Position numbers and translations under genes: made by a program. Under the pieces are notes generated by a model, which worked only from the letters and a program-made list of their open reading frames with translations, did not search any database and had not been told where the DNA came from. Positions 1-10,424 of a stretch of 59,889 nt of DNA are shown piece after piece (the first letter of the stretch is position 1; each line of letters begins with the position of its first letter). The DNA lies in assembly GCF_022712095.1 (NCBI RefSeq), contig NZ_JALAHD010000085.1:1-59889 (forward strand), read 5' to 3'. Source of the stretch: Chryseobacterium sp. (GTDB taxonomy: Bacteria > Bacteroidota > Bacteroidia > Flavobacteriales > Weeksellaceae).

Positions 1-1092
1 ATCTTGTGACCCGATAGCTTCTTTTTCTTCAAATTCTTTAGTAATTATTCTTGAGAAACCAATATTTCCTGCACACGTCAGTAAAATCTGATTTTCTTTA
101 AGAAGCATTTCTTCTATAAATGGCGTTTTAGATTTGGACAAATATTCGCACTCAGCAAAAGGATCTAACAGAGATAAGTCTGCTCCCTTTAAATACGGTA
201 TTCCATTTTCATTGTTAACTTTAACTCTTTTAAAAATGCCAGGACGCCGAGTTTTATATTTTAACGATTTTAAATCCTTAAATTCTACTCCTTTATTTTG
301 GAGTTGCTTTAATTTATAAACACCTTCATTTATGAAAGTATTACCATTTAACCGGGTTTGAGAGTTTGATTTAATTTGAGATATACTTATTTTATCAACT
401 TTTTTAACAAAATTTTTATCCTCGTTTGTAAATAGTTCTTTTAGAAAAATTTCTTGAGCCTTTAATAATGAATGGTAACCATTTTCTCTAATTGATTTAG
501 CCCGAATTATATCATTGTTGATTTGTTTTAACAAATCCTGTTTTATAATTGGCACTAAGGTTTTGCTGATCCCTGGTGCTTCAATATATCGAATTGCTGA
601 TCCAGAAGCATTTTTGTTAATTTGAGCTCTACCATATTTAGATTTCAAAAATGCGGTCAGATAGCCATTATAATCTTTATCCTTCACGATTAGTCTAGCT
701 ACGTTATTAGCAAAAGCACAACCTTTTAAAAAATCATCTACCATCCCTGCATAGCCTACGATGGTTCCAAACCCAGTTATTAGAATCCATCCTTCCTCTA
801 CTTCTAAATTCAGTTTTTCAACTTGATTTTTAGACAAAAAAACAGAGCTTTCATAATTTAATTTTATTATATCGTGGCTTTGTTTATAGGGAACTGAAGA
901 AACACTTTTTTCACAATATTGTCTTTTAAAAATTGACGGATTGAAAAGATCTCCAAACGAAGAAAGTTCTCTTAACTCTAAAGATGAATTCTCTAATAAC
1001 CGGCTATATATAGCATTAGGATTAAGATGGAATTTCCCTTCAAGTCGTTTCTCTTTTAGTAATTCAGAATATTTTATAGAAGATGCTACCAT
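1..1092 (-). CDS. hsdS: Restriction-modification specificity (S) subunit, 3' end runs off the window
   Basis: Not in the ORF track. Manual minus-strand translation from ATG 1092: MVASSIKYSELLKEKRLEGKFH...EEGWILITGFGTIVG...YLTAFLKSKYGRAQINKNASGSAIRYI, a TRD-type pattern. Starts 2 bp after the methylase stop. Confidence 0.8.
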   Translation of the reverse strand, partial: MVASSIKYSELLKEKRLEGKFHLNPNAIYSRLLENSSLELRELSSFGDLFNPSIFKRQYCEKSVSSVPYKQSHDIIKLNYESSVFLSKNQVEKLNLEVEEGWILITGFGTIVGYAGMVDDFLKGCAFANNVARLIVKDKDYNGYLTAFLKSKYGRAQINKNASGSAIRYIEAPGISKTLVPIIKQDLLKQINNDIIRAKSIRENGYHSLLKAQEIFLKELFTNEDKNFVKKVDKISISQIKSNSQTRLNGNTFINEGVYKLKQLQNKGVEFKDLKSLKYKTRRPGIFKRVKVNNENGIPYLKGADLSLLDPFAECEYLSKSKTPFIEEMLLKENQILLTCAGNIGFSRIITKEFEEKEAIGSQD

Positions 1093-1094
1093 AA

Positions 1095-3110
1095 CTAATT
1101 ATTAATAAATTCTAAATATGCCTTTGCAATTTTAGGCAAATCATCATCCAATATCCGTTGTTTCTCGGTACGTGATTTTACCATCGGTTTCCCATCTTCT
1201 GGTCGGTAGGCTACATATTTATTCTGTACAGGGAAAATAATTTCAGCTCCATCTTCATCTCGTAAATAGATTGGATTACCTCTTCGGTCTTTTCCTAACT
1301 TTTCGGCTATTGCCATAAACACGTCGTAATCTTCTTCTCCTTCGTGGGCAATATTGCGTTCATTGGCAGATTTCTTTTGTAAGAACAAAAGCGAAGCTTG
1401 TACACCAACTTGGGGAAGGAAGGCTTCTACAGCTAAATCCACTGAAGCTAATATTTTAAATTTATCCAATATCCATTCTCTGACAGGCAATGTATTCGGA
1501 TTACCTAAAATGCCATCTGGCAATACGATAGCCATTTTACCGTCTTCTTTCAAAAAGTTGTAACAAGCTTCTATAAATAAAACCTCGGGCGCAGTTGAGT
1601 ACTTTGATAGCTCATATTTTTCAGCAATATCCTCATCGACCTTTACTTTTGCTCCAAATGGCGGATTGGTAAATATGATGTCGAATTTTTCTCTCGCACT
1701 ATTACCATACATTCCCTCATCATTCTTCATTGCCGTTAAACTTCTATTGATTGCCTTTTCAATTTTTTCAATTTCGGCAGGATGTTCCCAGTTGGGATAA
1801 GCCAAAGAATTAACGTGAAAGATATTGGCGTGTCCGTCACCAGCCATGACCATATTCATTCGAGCCGCTTTCTTTAAATCAGGGTCAAAATCAAAACCGA
1901 ATATGCTGTTTTCTGCATATTCGCGAACTCTTTCGTTTACTTCGTAGGTGTTATATTTTGCAGCAAGTAATACTTCATCCGTAATTTCTGGATATAGTTT
2001 TTCTGCTATTTGTTTGCGAACATGATCCAATACCATGACCAAAAAACCTCCCGAACCGCAGGCAGGATCCAACACTCGTGTATTTTCATTTGGATTCATC
2101 ATTTCTACCATCGCTTTGATGATGTTGCGAGGTGTGAAAAACTGACCAGCTTCTTGTTTCAGGGTATTACTTACAATGGTTTCATAAGCTAAACCTTTTA
2201 CATCTACAGAAGCATCAAGGAAGGAGTATTTTGCCAATTCCCCTGCAATAAATGCAATTCCTTTGTCGGTTAATTCTATTGCTTCATTCCCATCAAATAC
2301 ATCCGAAAAAGTGCCTTCTGTTTTTAATTCTTCAAAAATTTTCTTAATTCTTTCTGCAACGGCTTTTCTACCTTCAACAGTATTTTGTTCTTTTACACCC
2401 ACCCAAAAATAACGACGATAAGAAATACCGTCTGGCTGAGGCATAAAACGTCTTTTCTCATCATACAATTTACAGAAAATAAGATAGAGCAATTGCCAAA
2501 ACGCATCTTTCTTCCGACCTTCATTTCCATAAATATAATCGTGCGACCGCTTAAAGACTTTTATCAAAGAGTCATTCGCAGGCTTACGGCTATGGGAGCG
2601 GTCTCCACGGTTTAAATCGTCTAAGTTTTCTCCAAATCCAGGGAAATCCGATAAATCAGAAAAAGTATAATCAAAACCAACAGCGTCATCTTCTTTTTGT
2701 AAATATTTGATGTCTGTTCCGTTTGTCCACAAGCCAAATTCGCAATTATCGACAGCAGCAAGAGCATTCTCCAATGTGATGGTTACACCTTTCTTCTTAT
2801 CGTTTTCCTTTATTTTTTCGTCTTGCACAATAGCAATTCGGACAATATGATCCTGCTCGTGTGCTTTACCTTTTTCAAAAATAACTAGTTCAATCTTTTG
2901 CTTTTTATTTTTCCCAGTGTCTGGATCGGTATAAATAATATTAAAATCTCGTTCCATATCGGTCAGATCAAAACCATACTCTTCGTTAAGCATACGGATT
3001 ATGGACTGTAGGTTATTTTCCTGTGATGTTGCTTTTCTCGGTTTTTCCGTAAGAATACACATCACTTGATTGTCTTCTAATATTTGTTCTATTGTATTAT
3101 TGATTCCCAT
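1095..3110 (-). CDS. hsdM: N6-adenine DNA methyltransferase (HsdM-like) with N-terminal HsdR_N-like domain
   Basis: GQFFTPR, VLDPACGSGGFL (motif I), TNPPFG (motif IV), AIVLPDGIL. Confidence 0.9.
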   Translation of the reverse strand: MGINNTIEQILEDNQVMCILTEKPRKATSQENNLQSIIRMLNEEYGFDLTDMERDFNIIYTDPDTGKNKKQKIELVIFEKGKAHEQDHIVRIAIVQDEKIKENDKKKGVTITLENALAAVDNCEFGLWTNGTDIKYLQKEDDAVGFDYTFSDLSDFPGFGENLDDLNRGDRSHSRKPANDSLIKVFKRSHDYIYGNEGRKKDAFWQLLYLIFCKLYDEKRRFMPQPDGISYRRYFWVGVKEQNTVEGRKAVAERIKKIFEELKTEGTFSDVFDGNEAIELTDKGIAFIAGELAKYSFLDASVDVKGLAYETIVSNTLKQEAGQFFTPRNIIKAMVEMMNPNENTRVLDPACGSGGFLVMVLDHVRKQIAEKLYPEITDEVLLAAKYNTYEVNERVREYAENSIFGFDFDPDLKKAARMNMVMAGDGHANIFHVNSLAYPNWEHPAEIEKIEKAINRSLTAMKNDEGMYGNSAREKFDIIFTNPPFGAKVKVDEDIAEKYELSKYSTAPEVLFIEACYNFLKEDGKMAIVLPDGILGNPNTLPVREWILDKFKILASVDLAVEAFLPQVGVQASLLFLQKKSANERNIAHEGEEDYDVFMAIAEKLGKDRRGNPIYLRDEDGAEIIFPVQNKYVAYRPEDGKPMVKSRTEKQRILDDDLPKIAKAYLEFINN

Positions 3111-3952
3111 TATTTTATTTTCTGGTTAAGAATTTGAAAGCAACATAGTATGTCTTCAAATTTGATATGATTTGTTTCTAGTATTTGATTGAATAAAATA
3201 CTGTCTTCTTTTGCATTTATTTCTTTCTCCATAATCGCTTTTAATTTTGCTTTGTTATCTTCATTGTCAGATAAGAGCATATTAATATCTATACCTAATA
3301 GAGCTGCTCCAGCTTTTGTTATAGTAAAATTTTTTATATCATACACTTCTTCGTAATACTGCGCTGCGGCTCTTTCTTCGTGAATATTGAGATAGTTCAA
3401 TAGAATAAATCCCATATCATCCGCATCTTTATTACCTTTATGATGCCTGTCTTTCCAAGCAACCAATTTCAAAATAAAAATTCCTGCCAATGAAACAATA
3501 TCAATCTCCAATGTGTCATCTATCTTAACCCTGACCAAATCCTTTTCTGCTTCTTCAAAACCCAATACGGTCATTGCAAAAGACTGGTCAGGCGGCCAGA
3601 ATATTTTGTCTTCAGCAGTTGTAATCCCACCATACGGAACTATATCTAATTGAAAATCATTTAGATATAAAAACCGTTGTTGCTGTTTTGGATCTTTTTT
3701 AAAATCAGGCAGTTGCGTTATTTCGTATTCAATAGTTTTGAATTCCTCCCATTTATCCACAGCTATGGCAATATCTATGTCTTGAGTTCTTCTACCAGAT
3801 CTTTCTCCGTGAAGTTCCATAATGATATCCCTTGCAGTTGCTCCGATGACGAAAAATTTGATTTCCAATTTTTGAAATACAGGGATTAATTCTGTCAACA
3901 ATTTTTTTAATAATGGATGCTCCAGTTTTTCACTTGATATGTTATAATCCAT
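3110..3952 (-). CDS. AbiEii-like nucleotidyltransferase toxin (type IV TA)
   Basis: IGATARD, RRTQDIDIA, LKLVAWKDR...KDADD; overlaps its upstream partner. Confidence 0.85.
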   Translation of the reverse strand: MDYNISSEKLEHPLLKKLLTELIPVFQKLEIKFFVIGATARDIIMELHGERSGRRTQDIDIAIAVDKWEEFKTIEYEITQLPDFKKDPKQQQRFLYLNDFQLDIVPYGGITTAEDKIFWPPDQSFAMTVLGFEEAEKDLVRVKIDDTLEIDIVSLAGIFILKLVAWKDRHHKGNKDADDMGFILLNYLNIHEERAAAQYYEEVYDIKNFTITKAGAALLGIDINMLLSDNEDNKAKLKAIMEKEINAKEDSILFNQILETNHIKFEDILCCFQILNQKIK

Positions 3953-4922
3953 TCTCTAGAATAATTTTAGCCGTTTCTATATTTCTATTATTACCGGTTC
4001 CTAATAAATCTGCATATACAACCAAAGGAGGAGCAGCATCTTCATTTTTTAAATAAAGACTGTCTGTCCAGAATTTGCTATACAATTCAATGTTTCCTGC
4101 TTCGTCCGGAACAAGTTTCAAATCTTTTGCAACTTTGCTTATCTCTTCGTCTGTATATATAATATAATCCTTTGGTTTTAGATGTCCAGTTAAAAGTTCA
4201 CCACCAGGCTCACCTCCGAAATAGAGTTTCATATTATTATTTATAATATTATTTGTATTAAACTCATTTCCTAAAGCCCGCATTTTTCTTTTAAAAGTGC
4301 GAGGCTTTAAAAGCTCATTATATGCTATTACCCATCGCTCAATTATTTCATCCTGATTTTTTAGAACTCTTTTGTTTCTTGTTTTTAACAAGTAGTGGCT
4401 TTCTTCTAATTCTTTTAAAATATTACTTACAGATCCTAAAGCAATCCCTGTTTTTTCTGCCAATTCTCTATAGGAAAATTGTAGTGTTTCAGGATTAGAG
4501 ACAAGTAGTAGTAGTAGTTTTAATCCCGCTTCTTGAAATGCTCGGGTTTGATTAGTTTTTTTATTTATTTTTCCTTTTTTACCTTCTATATATATAAAGA
4601 AGTTGTTAGCTTTTAAAAAAGCATTTCCGGAAGCATCTAAGTAATTGATGTTATTTTCTTTAAGCTCTAATGCTGTTTTTTTAGTTAAGTAGTCAGCAAT
4701 GACTACATTGCCTTTTGCATGATTAATTTCTTTCAAACTAGACATAATGATTCCATAATTTGCATTTTTTGCATTTTTCTTTGCAATACAATAAAATGTT
4801 TGTTCATTGATTTGAAGCACTACATCATAGCCTTCCCTAAAACTTTCAATGGCAATAGGAAGGCCTGTTATTTCTTCTAATGAAGCAACAGCTTCATAAA
4901 CAAAATCATTATCTCTATACAT
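3942..4922 (-). CDS. AbiEi-like antitoxin / transcriptional regulator (type IV TA)
   Basis: INYLDASGNAFL, HTH SYRELAEKTGIALGSVS, GGEPGG, PPLVVYADLL. ATG 4922 preferred to 4964 because of the promoter and operator positions. Confidence 0.85.
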   Translation of the reverse strand: MYRDNDFVYEAVASLEEITGLPIAIESFREGYDVVLQINEQTFYCIAKKNAKNANYGIIMSSLKEINHAKGNVVIADYLTKKTALELKENNINYLDASGNAFLKANNFFIYIEGKKGKINKKTNQTRAFQEAGLKLLLLLVSNPETLQFSYRELAEKTGIALGSVSNILKELEESHYLLKTRNKRVLKNQDEIIERWVIAYNELLKPRTFKRKMRALGNEFNTNNIINNNMKLYFGGEPGGELLTGHLKPKDYIIYTDEEISKVAKDLKLVPDEAGNIELYSKFWTDSLYLKNEDAAPPLVVYADLLGTGNNRNIETAKIILENGL

Positions 4923-4927
4923 TTTCT

Positions 4928-4986
4928 TGTTCAATAAAATTAAGCGTTCAGCAGGAATGAACATTCAAAAATAGTGAACAAAAATA
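4928..4986 (-). promoter_or_regulatory. AbiE promoter (-7 box) and symmetric operator
   Basis: Minus-strand TATTTTTG at 4986-4979; YGTTCA at 4928 and 4945, TGAACA at 4958 and 4975, each pair 17 bp apart. Confidence 0.6.
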
Positions 4987-5258
4987 GATTAAACAAACTT
5001 TTAGAGAGAAAAGTACTTTAAATTTTTCTACCGCCTTTCTTCTTTTTTTTCATCCAATTAGCAAACAACTATTCCTCCTAATTCACACCTGTGCCTCGGG
5101 TAAAAAGCTGAATAAACTAATATCAGAATTAGAAATGCTATTATGAAAGAAACTCCAAAAGGTCGTTAGCTGGTAAATTGTTTTATATTGATTTTGGAAA
5201 CAAGGAAACTTAATTACCTGAAAAAAGATGAAGTGAAAGAATCTCTACATATTTAACA

Positions 5259-8200
5259 CTATCTTTTTCTTCCCACAGTCGATACATTTTCCAGATTTAT
5301 GCTTTCTCTCGGTAATAGTATTACGTCGACAGAATTTTTAATCGCCATATAATCAGCAGTATTTACTTTCAGTAAAGCATTATGCAGAATTAAATTTTCA
5401 TCTGCTCTTTCTTTTACATAATTTATAAGCTCATTCATTTTGAGTTGCTTTGCTTTTTCCTCCGTATATTGAGTAATTAAATTATCTTTTATCTCCGGAA
5501 GCTCTTCCAGTTTTTTATCCAGCTCCGCTATTTTATCCTCTGTAGCCCTTGTTTGCTTCTCAATTTCTGTAACATTCACTCCTTTTTCAGCTAAATTCTG
5601 GATTGCTTTTTGAACCTCATCTTTTGCGAGATCAATCGTTTTTTGATACGACGGAAGCTGGTTTTTCCAATATTCTGAGTCCTCTCCTTCCTCTTTGGAG
5701 TACCCTAAAATCCTGTTATAACTATACTCTGCTTTGGTTACGCCTTCCTGAACTTTGATAAAATCTTCATACTTCCTTAATACAAAGGCACTATCTGCAA
5801 GGTGTTTGTTTTTCTCACTTTCAATTCGTTTTTTCATCAGTTCAATCTCAATATTAGCCCTTGTTTCCGGATTGGTAATGATTGATGTTTTGAGTTCTTG
5901 GGTACTGATATCCGAAACATCCAATACATCTGCCCCCTTTTTCATTGCTTCTAAATATCTTGCCTGCTTAGCCTGCAATTTTTGAAGCATAAAAACATCA
6001 ATACTGTCATTGGTCAGCATAAAATTGACACGGACATTTTCATTCTTATTCCCCTGTCTCCATATTCGGCCTTCCACCTGCCGTAGAGAAGTAAAATTAT
6101 AGGGTAAAGAAAGGAGATACAGATCGGTTGTATTTTCCTGAAGATTCATACCTTCCTGAATGGCTTCGCTGCCTATGATTACTTTTATTTTTCCTGCATT
6201 AAAATCATCCTGGATCTTTAACCTACCCGGTTTACTTGTTGCTCCGGTAATAATTCCAATTTCCTCGGGTCTATAACCAACTTCATTAACGAGATATTCT
6301 TTCAGCTTTGGAAATTCTGCAACGGCTAATTCTGAATAAATAATTTGCCCTAAATCCGGAATGTCTTTTTTATTCTGCCGGATCAGCTGCATCGTCTGCC
6401 TTAGCTTCGGAGAATTCTCTATAAATTCCTGTGCAGAAGGTTCTTCTCCATCATAATAAATCGACAGATATGGAGAAATGGCAATCAGCCTTGCATTGAG
6501 AATATGGGTAAGAATGGCTCCTTTCTCTGTTTCACTAAAGCTATCATTAAGTAAGTCATATTGCTCTTTCGTCAGGTCATTTTGCTCAATTTTATATTCT
6601 TTGTTGATTTTATTGGGCCGCTTCAGTTCTGGATTATCTTCTTCTCCTTTGATGTCAATAAATTCAGAAAGTAGCTGCTGAAATAAAGAATTATTCTTAA
6701 ACCTCCGTACATTCGCTTTGAATTTCACATCGCCTTTAGCATCAATTTCCATATCATTATCAGCTTCCATAAAGGTTTCAAAGAAGGTATTGACATTGAA
6801 GTAACCGGACTCTTCCAGACGTTTATTGGCAATCAGGGATAAAATGGAATAATACTCCAAAGGTTTGTTGGTGAAGGGAGTAGCAGAAAGCAGCGTTACG
6901 TTTCTTCCATCATTTTTGTCCTGAATGTATTGCGCCGCCATCCAGGTATTGATTCCCAGTTTGGAAGTCTGCTGGTTCTGGCTCCTGAAATCCGATGCAA
7001 ATCTACGGTCTTCTACCCTAACCTTTCCGACAATATGATTGGCATTATGGACTTCATCATAAGTAAGATGGTCAAAACCAAAATCTTCCCAATCATAGAT
7101 TTTACCACGCTTCATTTTTCCCTCCAGCTCCTTTTCTTTCTCCAGTTCTTTCTGAAAATCCCTTTCGCTAATGGAATTAACACTTTTTAGTTCACTTTCT
7201 GAAATGTAAGAAAACCGGGAAGCCAGCTCCTGAGTAATATTTTCAGAAAAACCGATATTATTAAAGCCTTCATAGGTAACGATGGTTATCTCTCCGTCCT
7301 TGTTATCAAACTTTGAGAGATCATAATCTTTACCCAGGTTTCCCAGTACATTTAGTTTGGCATGAGGAATGGTTTCAAAAATTGTTTCCACCCATTGTTT
7401 GAGAATACTTTCGTTCGGAACAACAATTAAAGGCCTTTTTGCATTTCCACGCTCCATAGCTTCGTGCATAGATAAGATTCCGGATAAAGTTTTCCCAAAA
7501 CCGACTTCGTGAGCTAATAAGCCAACCCCTTTTGTGGTTTGTCTTCCGATTCCCGCTTTCTGAACTTCGGTTAGTTTCAGTTCTCTTCCTTTGAAATTGA
7601 GATGAATTTTAGAAAACAACGGAAATTTGGAATAATCAGGAACATGGATATTATTATAGTTTCTATTAAAGTCTTTTACGAAACGTTCCCTTAATTCATC
7701 CGATAATTCTTCTCTCAAAAATTTATAAAACAAATCGTTAGCAGCAGCTTTTCTCCTCTCACGGACGAGAGCATTTCTTTCTTTATCACTTCCTGTAACC
7801 GTTTCATTATCCACAAAGCCTCTGACTTCCCATGACGACGATCCCGCAAAGGCATCACTAGGCAAACTACTTACAAAGTCCTTAAATTTTTCAGCAAGAT
7901 TGTAGGACACCATTACGGTTTCTATTTGTCTTGTGTTCTGATTCCACTTTTCTTTTTCTACATAGCCCAATTCAAATTGGTGTATAAATTCATGATTCGG
8001 GCTGATATAAATTTCATCGAGGGATTTAGGCTTGGGTAAAACGCTTTCTAATAGTGCTTTTTGTTTTAAATACTGAGTTTCGGAATATCCTTCCGAAAAA
8101 GAATCTTTAAAATCAATTTCTAATTGCTCTAATTTTGTATAAATATTCCCTTCAATATAATAAAAATCATGTACCCATTTTCCGTTAATAAAATTGGCGT

Positions 8201-10424
8201 ATTGATGATGTTTACCATTTTTATTTAAAACTCCTTCGTAATTTGTATCTCTAAAAGCTTCAATCTGTGCCTTTGAAAGTTCAGAGCTGTTTTGAAGCGA
8301 AGCATTTACAATTTCATCGGATTTAAGGAATTGATACTTTAGAACTCCTTTTTTAAGCTCCGGTTTGGTCTGAATTCTATACTCTGTATTTTTTTCATTT
8401 TGAGACTGAATAATTTTCTCCGCTTTTTGGAGAATTTCATCAATTTGGCTTTGATCGAATTTCTTTGGCTCGCTGGCAATTTGGGATTGAAGTTTGTTGT
8501 ATTTCTCAATCTCCTTTACAACTGAAGGAGATTTAAATTTTATGGCGTCGAGCGATGAAAGTACCCGTTCAACCTTTTCCTGAACTTCAGTAAGATTTAT
8601 CTCATCAGGCCCAGAATCCGTAATTTTTTCCGGTTGAACCTCCGAAACCTTATTTTGTAAGGTTATTTTAGGTCCCTCTTCAGCTTCCAGGAATAAATCT
8701 TCAAAAAGATTCCCTATTCTTTCGGTTTCTTTTTTGCCTCTCAGCTGCTCAATTTTTAATAAAGCCTCCTCTAAATTTCCGTGGACATAGTTTTCCTGAC
8801 GCCCAAAACGGTTGGTTTTTTCCCGGGTTTCACCCAGAATTTTTTCAGGATTGTTTTCAAAATAGTCGGAGATATCCGTTGAAATTTTCAGAGGGTCTTT
8901 CTTAAGAAGAATAATATCCGTACCAATGGCGGTTCCGGCAAAAGCACCGCTAGGCAAGCGGTATCCTTCCATTAATTCGGCATTTTTCAATTGGTCTTGA
9001 CGATTGAGCCAACCCGACGGAAGCACCATTGCCAGAATCCCACCGGGCTTTAAGGAATCTAAAGAGCGTTTTACAAAATAATCTTCATATTTTGAGATTT
9101 TCGGCTCTTCGCCCAACCCTTTGTACAATCCCCGATGATCTCCGTAAGGTGGGTTACCAATAACCAGATCATATTTTTCGGAAAATTCTTTTCTGCCACC
9201 CTTCTCATCAATAAATTCAGTTTCAAAGGAACGCAGATGGATATCAGCTTCGGGATGAAGGATTTTGGCAATTTTTGCTGTAGTTTCGTTGATTTCAAAA
9301 GCCGTAATACTGGTTTTTATACCCAAATCTTTTGCAGCATAGAGAAAGTTTCCTATTCCTACGCTGGGTTCCAATACTGAAATTTCCTGATGGTTTTTAA
9401 ACCGGTCTTTGATTAAATTTCTCACGGCATCTACAATCCTTGAATCGGTGTAGTATTCATCTAAAATTCCCCTGCCTTCCTTGGCTGTTCCACCACTTTT
9501 GAACTGGCTACAAATATCTTGCAGTTCATCAGATATTTTAAGATTTTCTTTTAGAAAAATTTTGTGGTCTTTTGAAACGAAACAAGCTGCGGAAACCACT
9601 TCTGCAACTTGCTCATTAGTCAGCTTCTGACCTCTATACTTTGAAATGAGAATATCTAATTCCTCATTATTTTTATGGGATAAATCTAATCCTGATCTAT
9701 TGGATAAAGTTCTCCGGGATACGATTCCGCCCACGGAATGTTTTCTTCCTTCATTTTCTTCATCATTCTGCTGTTGTGCTCCGTCAGTGGATCTTCCTTC
9801 TCCTCTGCTTCCCAAATTGCTCCACCCTGTGCCTGCAAGTCCATTTCCAGCATGGTTGCTGCCCATAGCTTGTCCTCGCGGGTGATTTCCGTTTTGCCCG
9901 GATTGGCTTCTTTGGAGAGATTCTCCAGAATTTCGTTCAGAAAGTTGGGATCCCAAGTGCTGAGTGTTGGGAATTCCGTTTCGTTTATTATTAAGGTCTG
10001 CATCTTCTGAATTTTTTGGTTCGACTAAAATAGTATTTTTATTTTGAAGACCTAGTTTGTTTTCTAAATACTCACTTAGGCTTTGATTACCGCTTTCTGA
10101 GATTCCGTATAAGGGACGAATGTCCTTTATATTTTTATCATTCAGCTCAGTAAGAATTTTCAGTGTCATCATATTTCCCGTTCTGTCACCATTCAGGCAA
10201 AGGAATATTTTACCTTCATAGTTCTGATACCTGTTCATAAACTTTTTGGTATTTGCACCGGAATGAATGGCAACAAGGGTTCTGTTATTATTCTGATTAT
10301 TTAATTTCAGCAGTTCCAGGAATGAATCCCTGTCCTTACTGCTGTTAAAAACAATCAGTTCATTTTTATTCCCTTCTATTACGGAAATATCATCGATGTT
10401 ATATGTCAGCTGATTTTCATTCAC
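5259..10424 (-). CDS. DarB-like N6 methyltransferase / SNF2 helicase with N-terminal Toprim-like domain
   Basis: VLEPSVGIGNF, GNPPYG, AHEVGFGKT (Walker A), DEVH, LSATP, EGMNLQ, QVEGRIWRQGN. Confidence 0.88.
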   Translation of the reverse strand: MNENQLTYNIDDISVIEGNKNELIVFNSSKDRDSFLELLKLNNQNNNRTLVAIHSGANTKKFMNRYQNYEGKIFLCLNGDRTGNMMTLKILTELNDKNIKDIRPLYGISESGNQSLSEYLENKLGLQNKNTILVEPKNSEDADLNNKRNGIPNTQHLGSQLSERNSGESLQRSQSGQNGNHPRGQAMGSNHAGNGLAGTGWSNLGSRGEGRSTDGAQQQNDEENEGRKHSVGGIVSRRTLSNRSGLDLSHKNNEELDILISKYRGQKLTNEQVAEVVSAACFVSKDHKIFLKENLKISDELQDICSQFKSGGTAKEGRGILDEYYTDSRIVDAVRNLIKDRFKNHQEISVLEPSVGIGNFLYAAKDLGIKTSITAFEINETTAKIAKILHPEADIHLRSFETEFIDEKGGRKEFSEKYDLVIGNPPYGDHRGLYKGLGEEPKISKYEDYFVKRSLDSLKPGGILAMVLPSGWLNRQDQLKNAELMEGYRLPSGAFAGTAIGTDIILLKKDPLKISTDISDYFENNPEKILGETREKTNRFGRQENYVHGNLEEALLKIEQLRGKKETERIGNLFEDLFLEAEEGPKITLQNKVSEVQPEKITDSGPDEINLTEVQEKVERVLSSLDAIKFKSPSVVKEIEKYNKLQSQIASEPKKFDQSQIDEILQKAEKIIQSQNEKNTEYRIQTKPELKKGVLKYQFLKSDEIVNASLQNSSELSKAQIEAFRDTNYEGVLNKNGKHHQYANFINGKWVHDFYYIEGNIYTKLEQLEIDFKDSFSEGYSETQYLKQKALLESVLPKPKSLDEIYISPNHEFIHQFELGYVEKEKWNQNTRQIETVMVSYNLAEKFKDFVSSLPSDAFAGSSSWEVRGFVDNETVTGSDKERNALVRERRKAAANDLFYKFLREELSDELRERFVKDFNRNYNNIHVPDYSKFPLFSKIHLNFKGRELKLTEVQKAGIGRQTTKGVGLLAHEVGFGKTLSGILSMHEAMERGNAKRPLIVVPNESILKQWVETIFETIPHAKLNVLGNLGKDYDLSKFDNKDGEITIVTYEGFNNIGFSENITQELASRFSYISESELKSVNSISERDFQKELEKEKELEGKMKRGKIYDWEDFGFDHLTYDEVHNANHIVGKVRVEDRRFASDFRSQNQQTSKLGINTWMAAQYIQDKNDGRNVTLLSATPFTNKPLEYYSILSLIANKRLEESGYFNVNTFFETFMEADNDMEIDAKGDVKFKANVRRFKNNSLFQQLLSEFIDIKGEEDNPELKRPNKINKEYKIEQNDLTKEQYDLLNDSFSETEKGAILTHILNARLIAISPYLSIYYDGEEPSAQEFIENSPKLRQTMQLIRQNKKDIPDLGQIIYSELAVAEFPKLKEYLVNEVGYRPEEIGIITGATSKPGRLKIQDDFNAGKIKVIIGSEAIQEGMNLQENTTDLYLLSLPYNFTSLRQVEGRIWRQGNKNENVRVNFMLTNDSIDVFMLQKLQAKQARYLEAMKKGADVLDVSDISTQELKTSIITNPETRANIEIELMKKRIESEKNKHLADSAFVLRKYEDFIKVQEGVTKAEYSYNRILGYSKEEGEDSEYWKNQLPSYQKTIDLAKDEVQKAIQNLAEKGVNVTEIEKQTRATEDKIAELDKKLEELPEIKDNLITQYTEEKAKQLKMNELINYVKERADENLILHNALLKVNTADYMAIKNSVDVILLPRESINLENVSTVGRKR
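9686..10003 (-). CDS. Putative overlapping out-of-frame small protein nested in the helicase gene
   Basis: 105 aa ATG ORF with globular acidic composition, coinciding with the N/G/S/R/Q-rich linker of the main frame. Confidence 0.45.
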   Translation of the reverse strand: MQTLIINETEFPTLSTWDPNFLNEILENLSKEANPGKTEITREDKLWAATMLEMDLQAQGGAIWEAEEKEDPLTEHNSRMMKKMKEENIPWAESYPGELYPIDQD

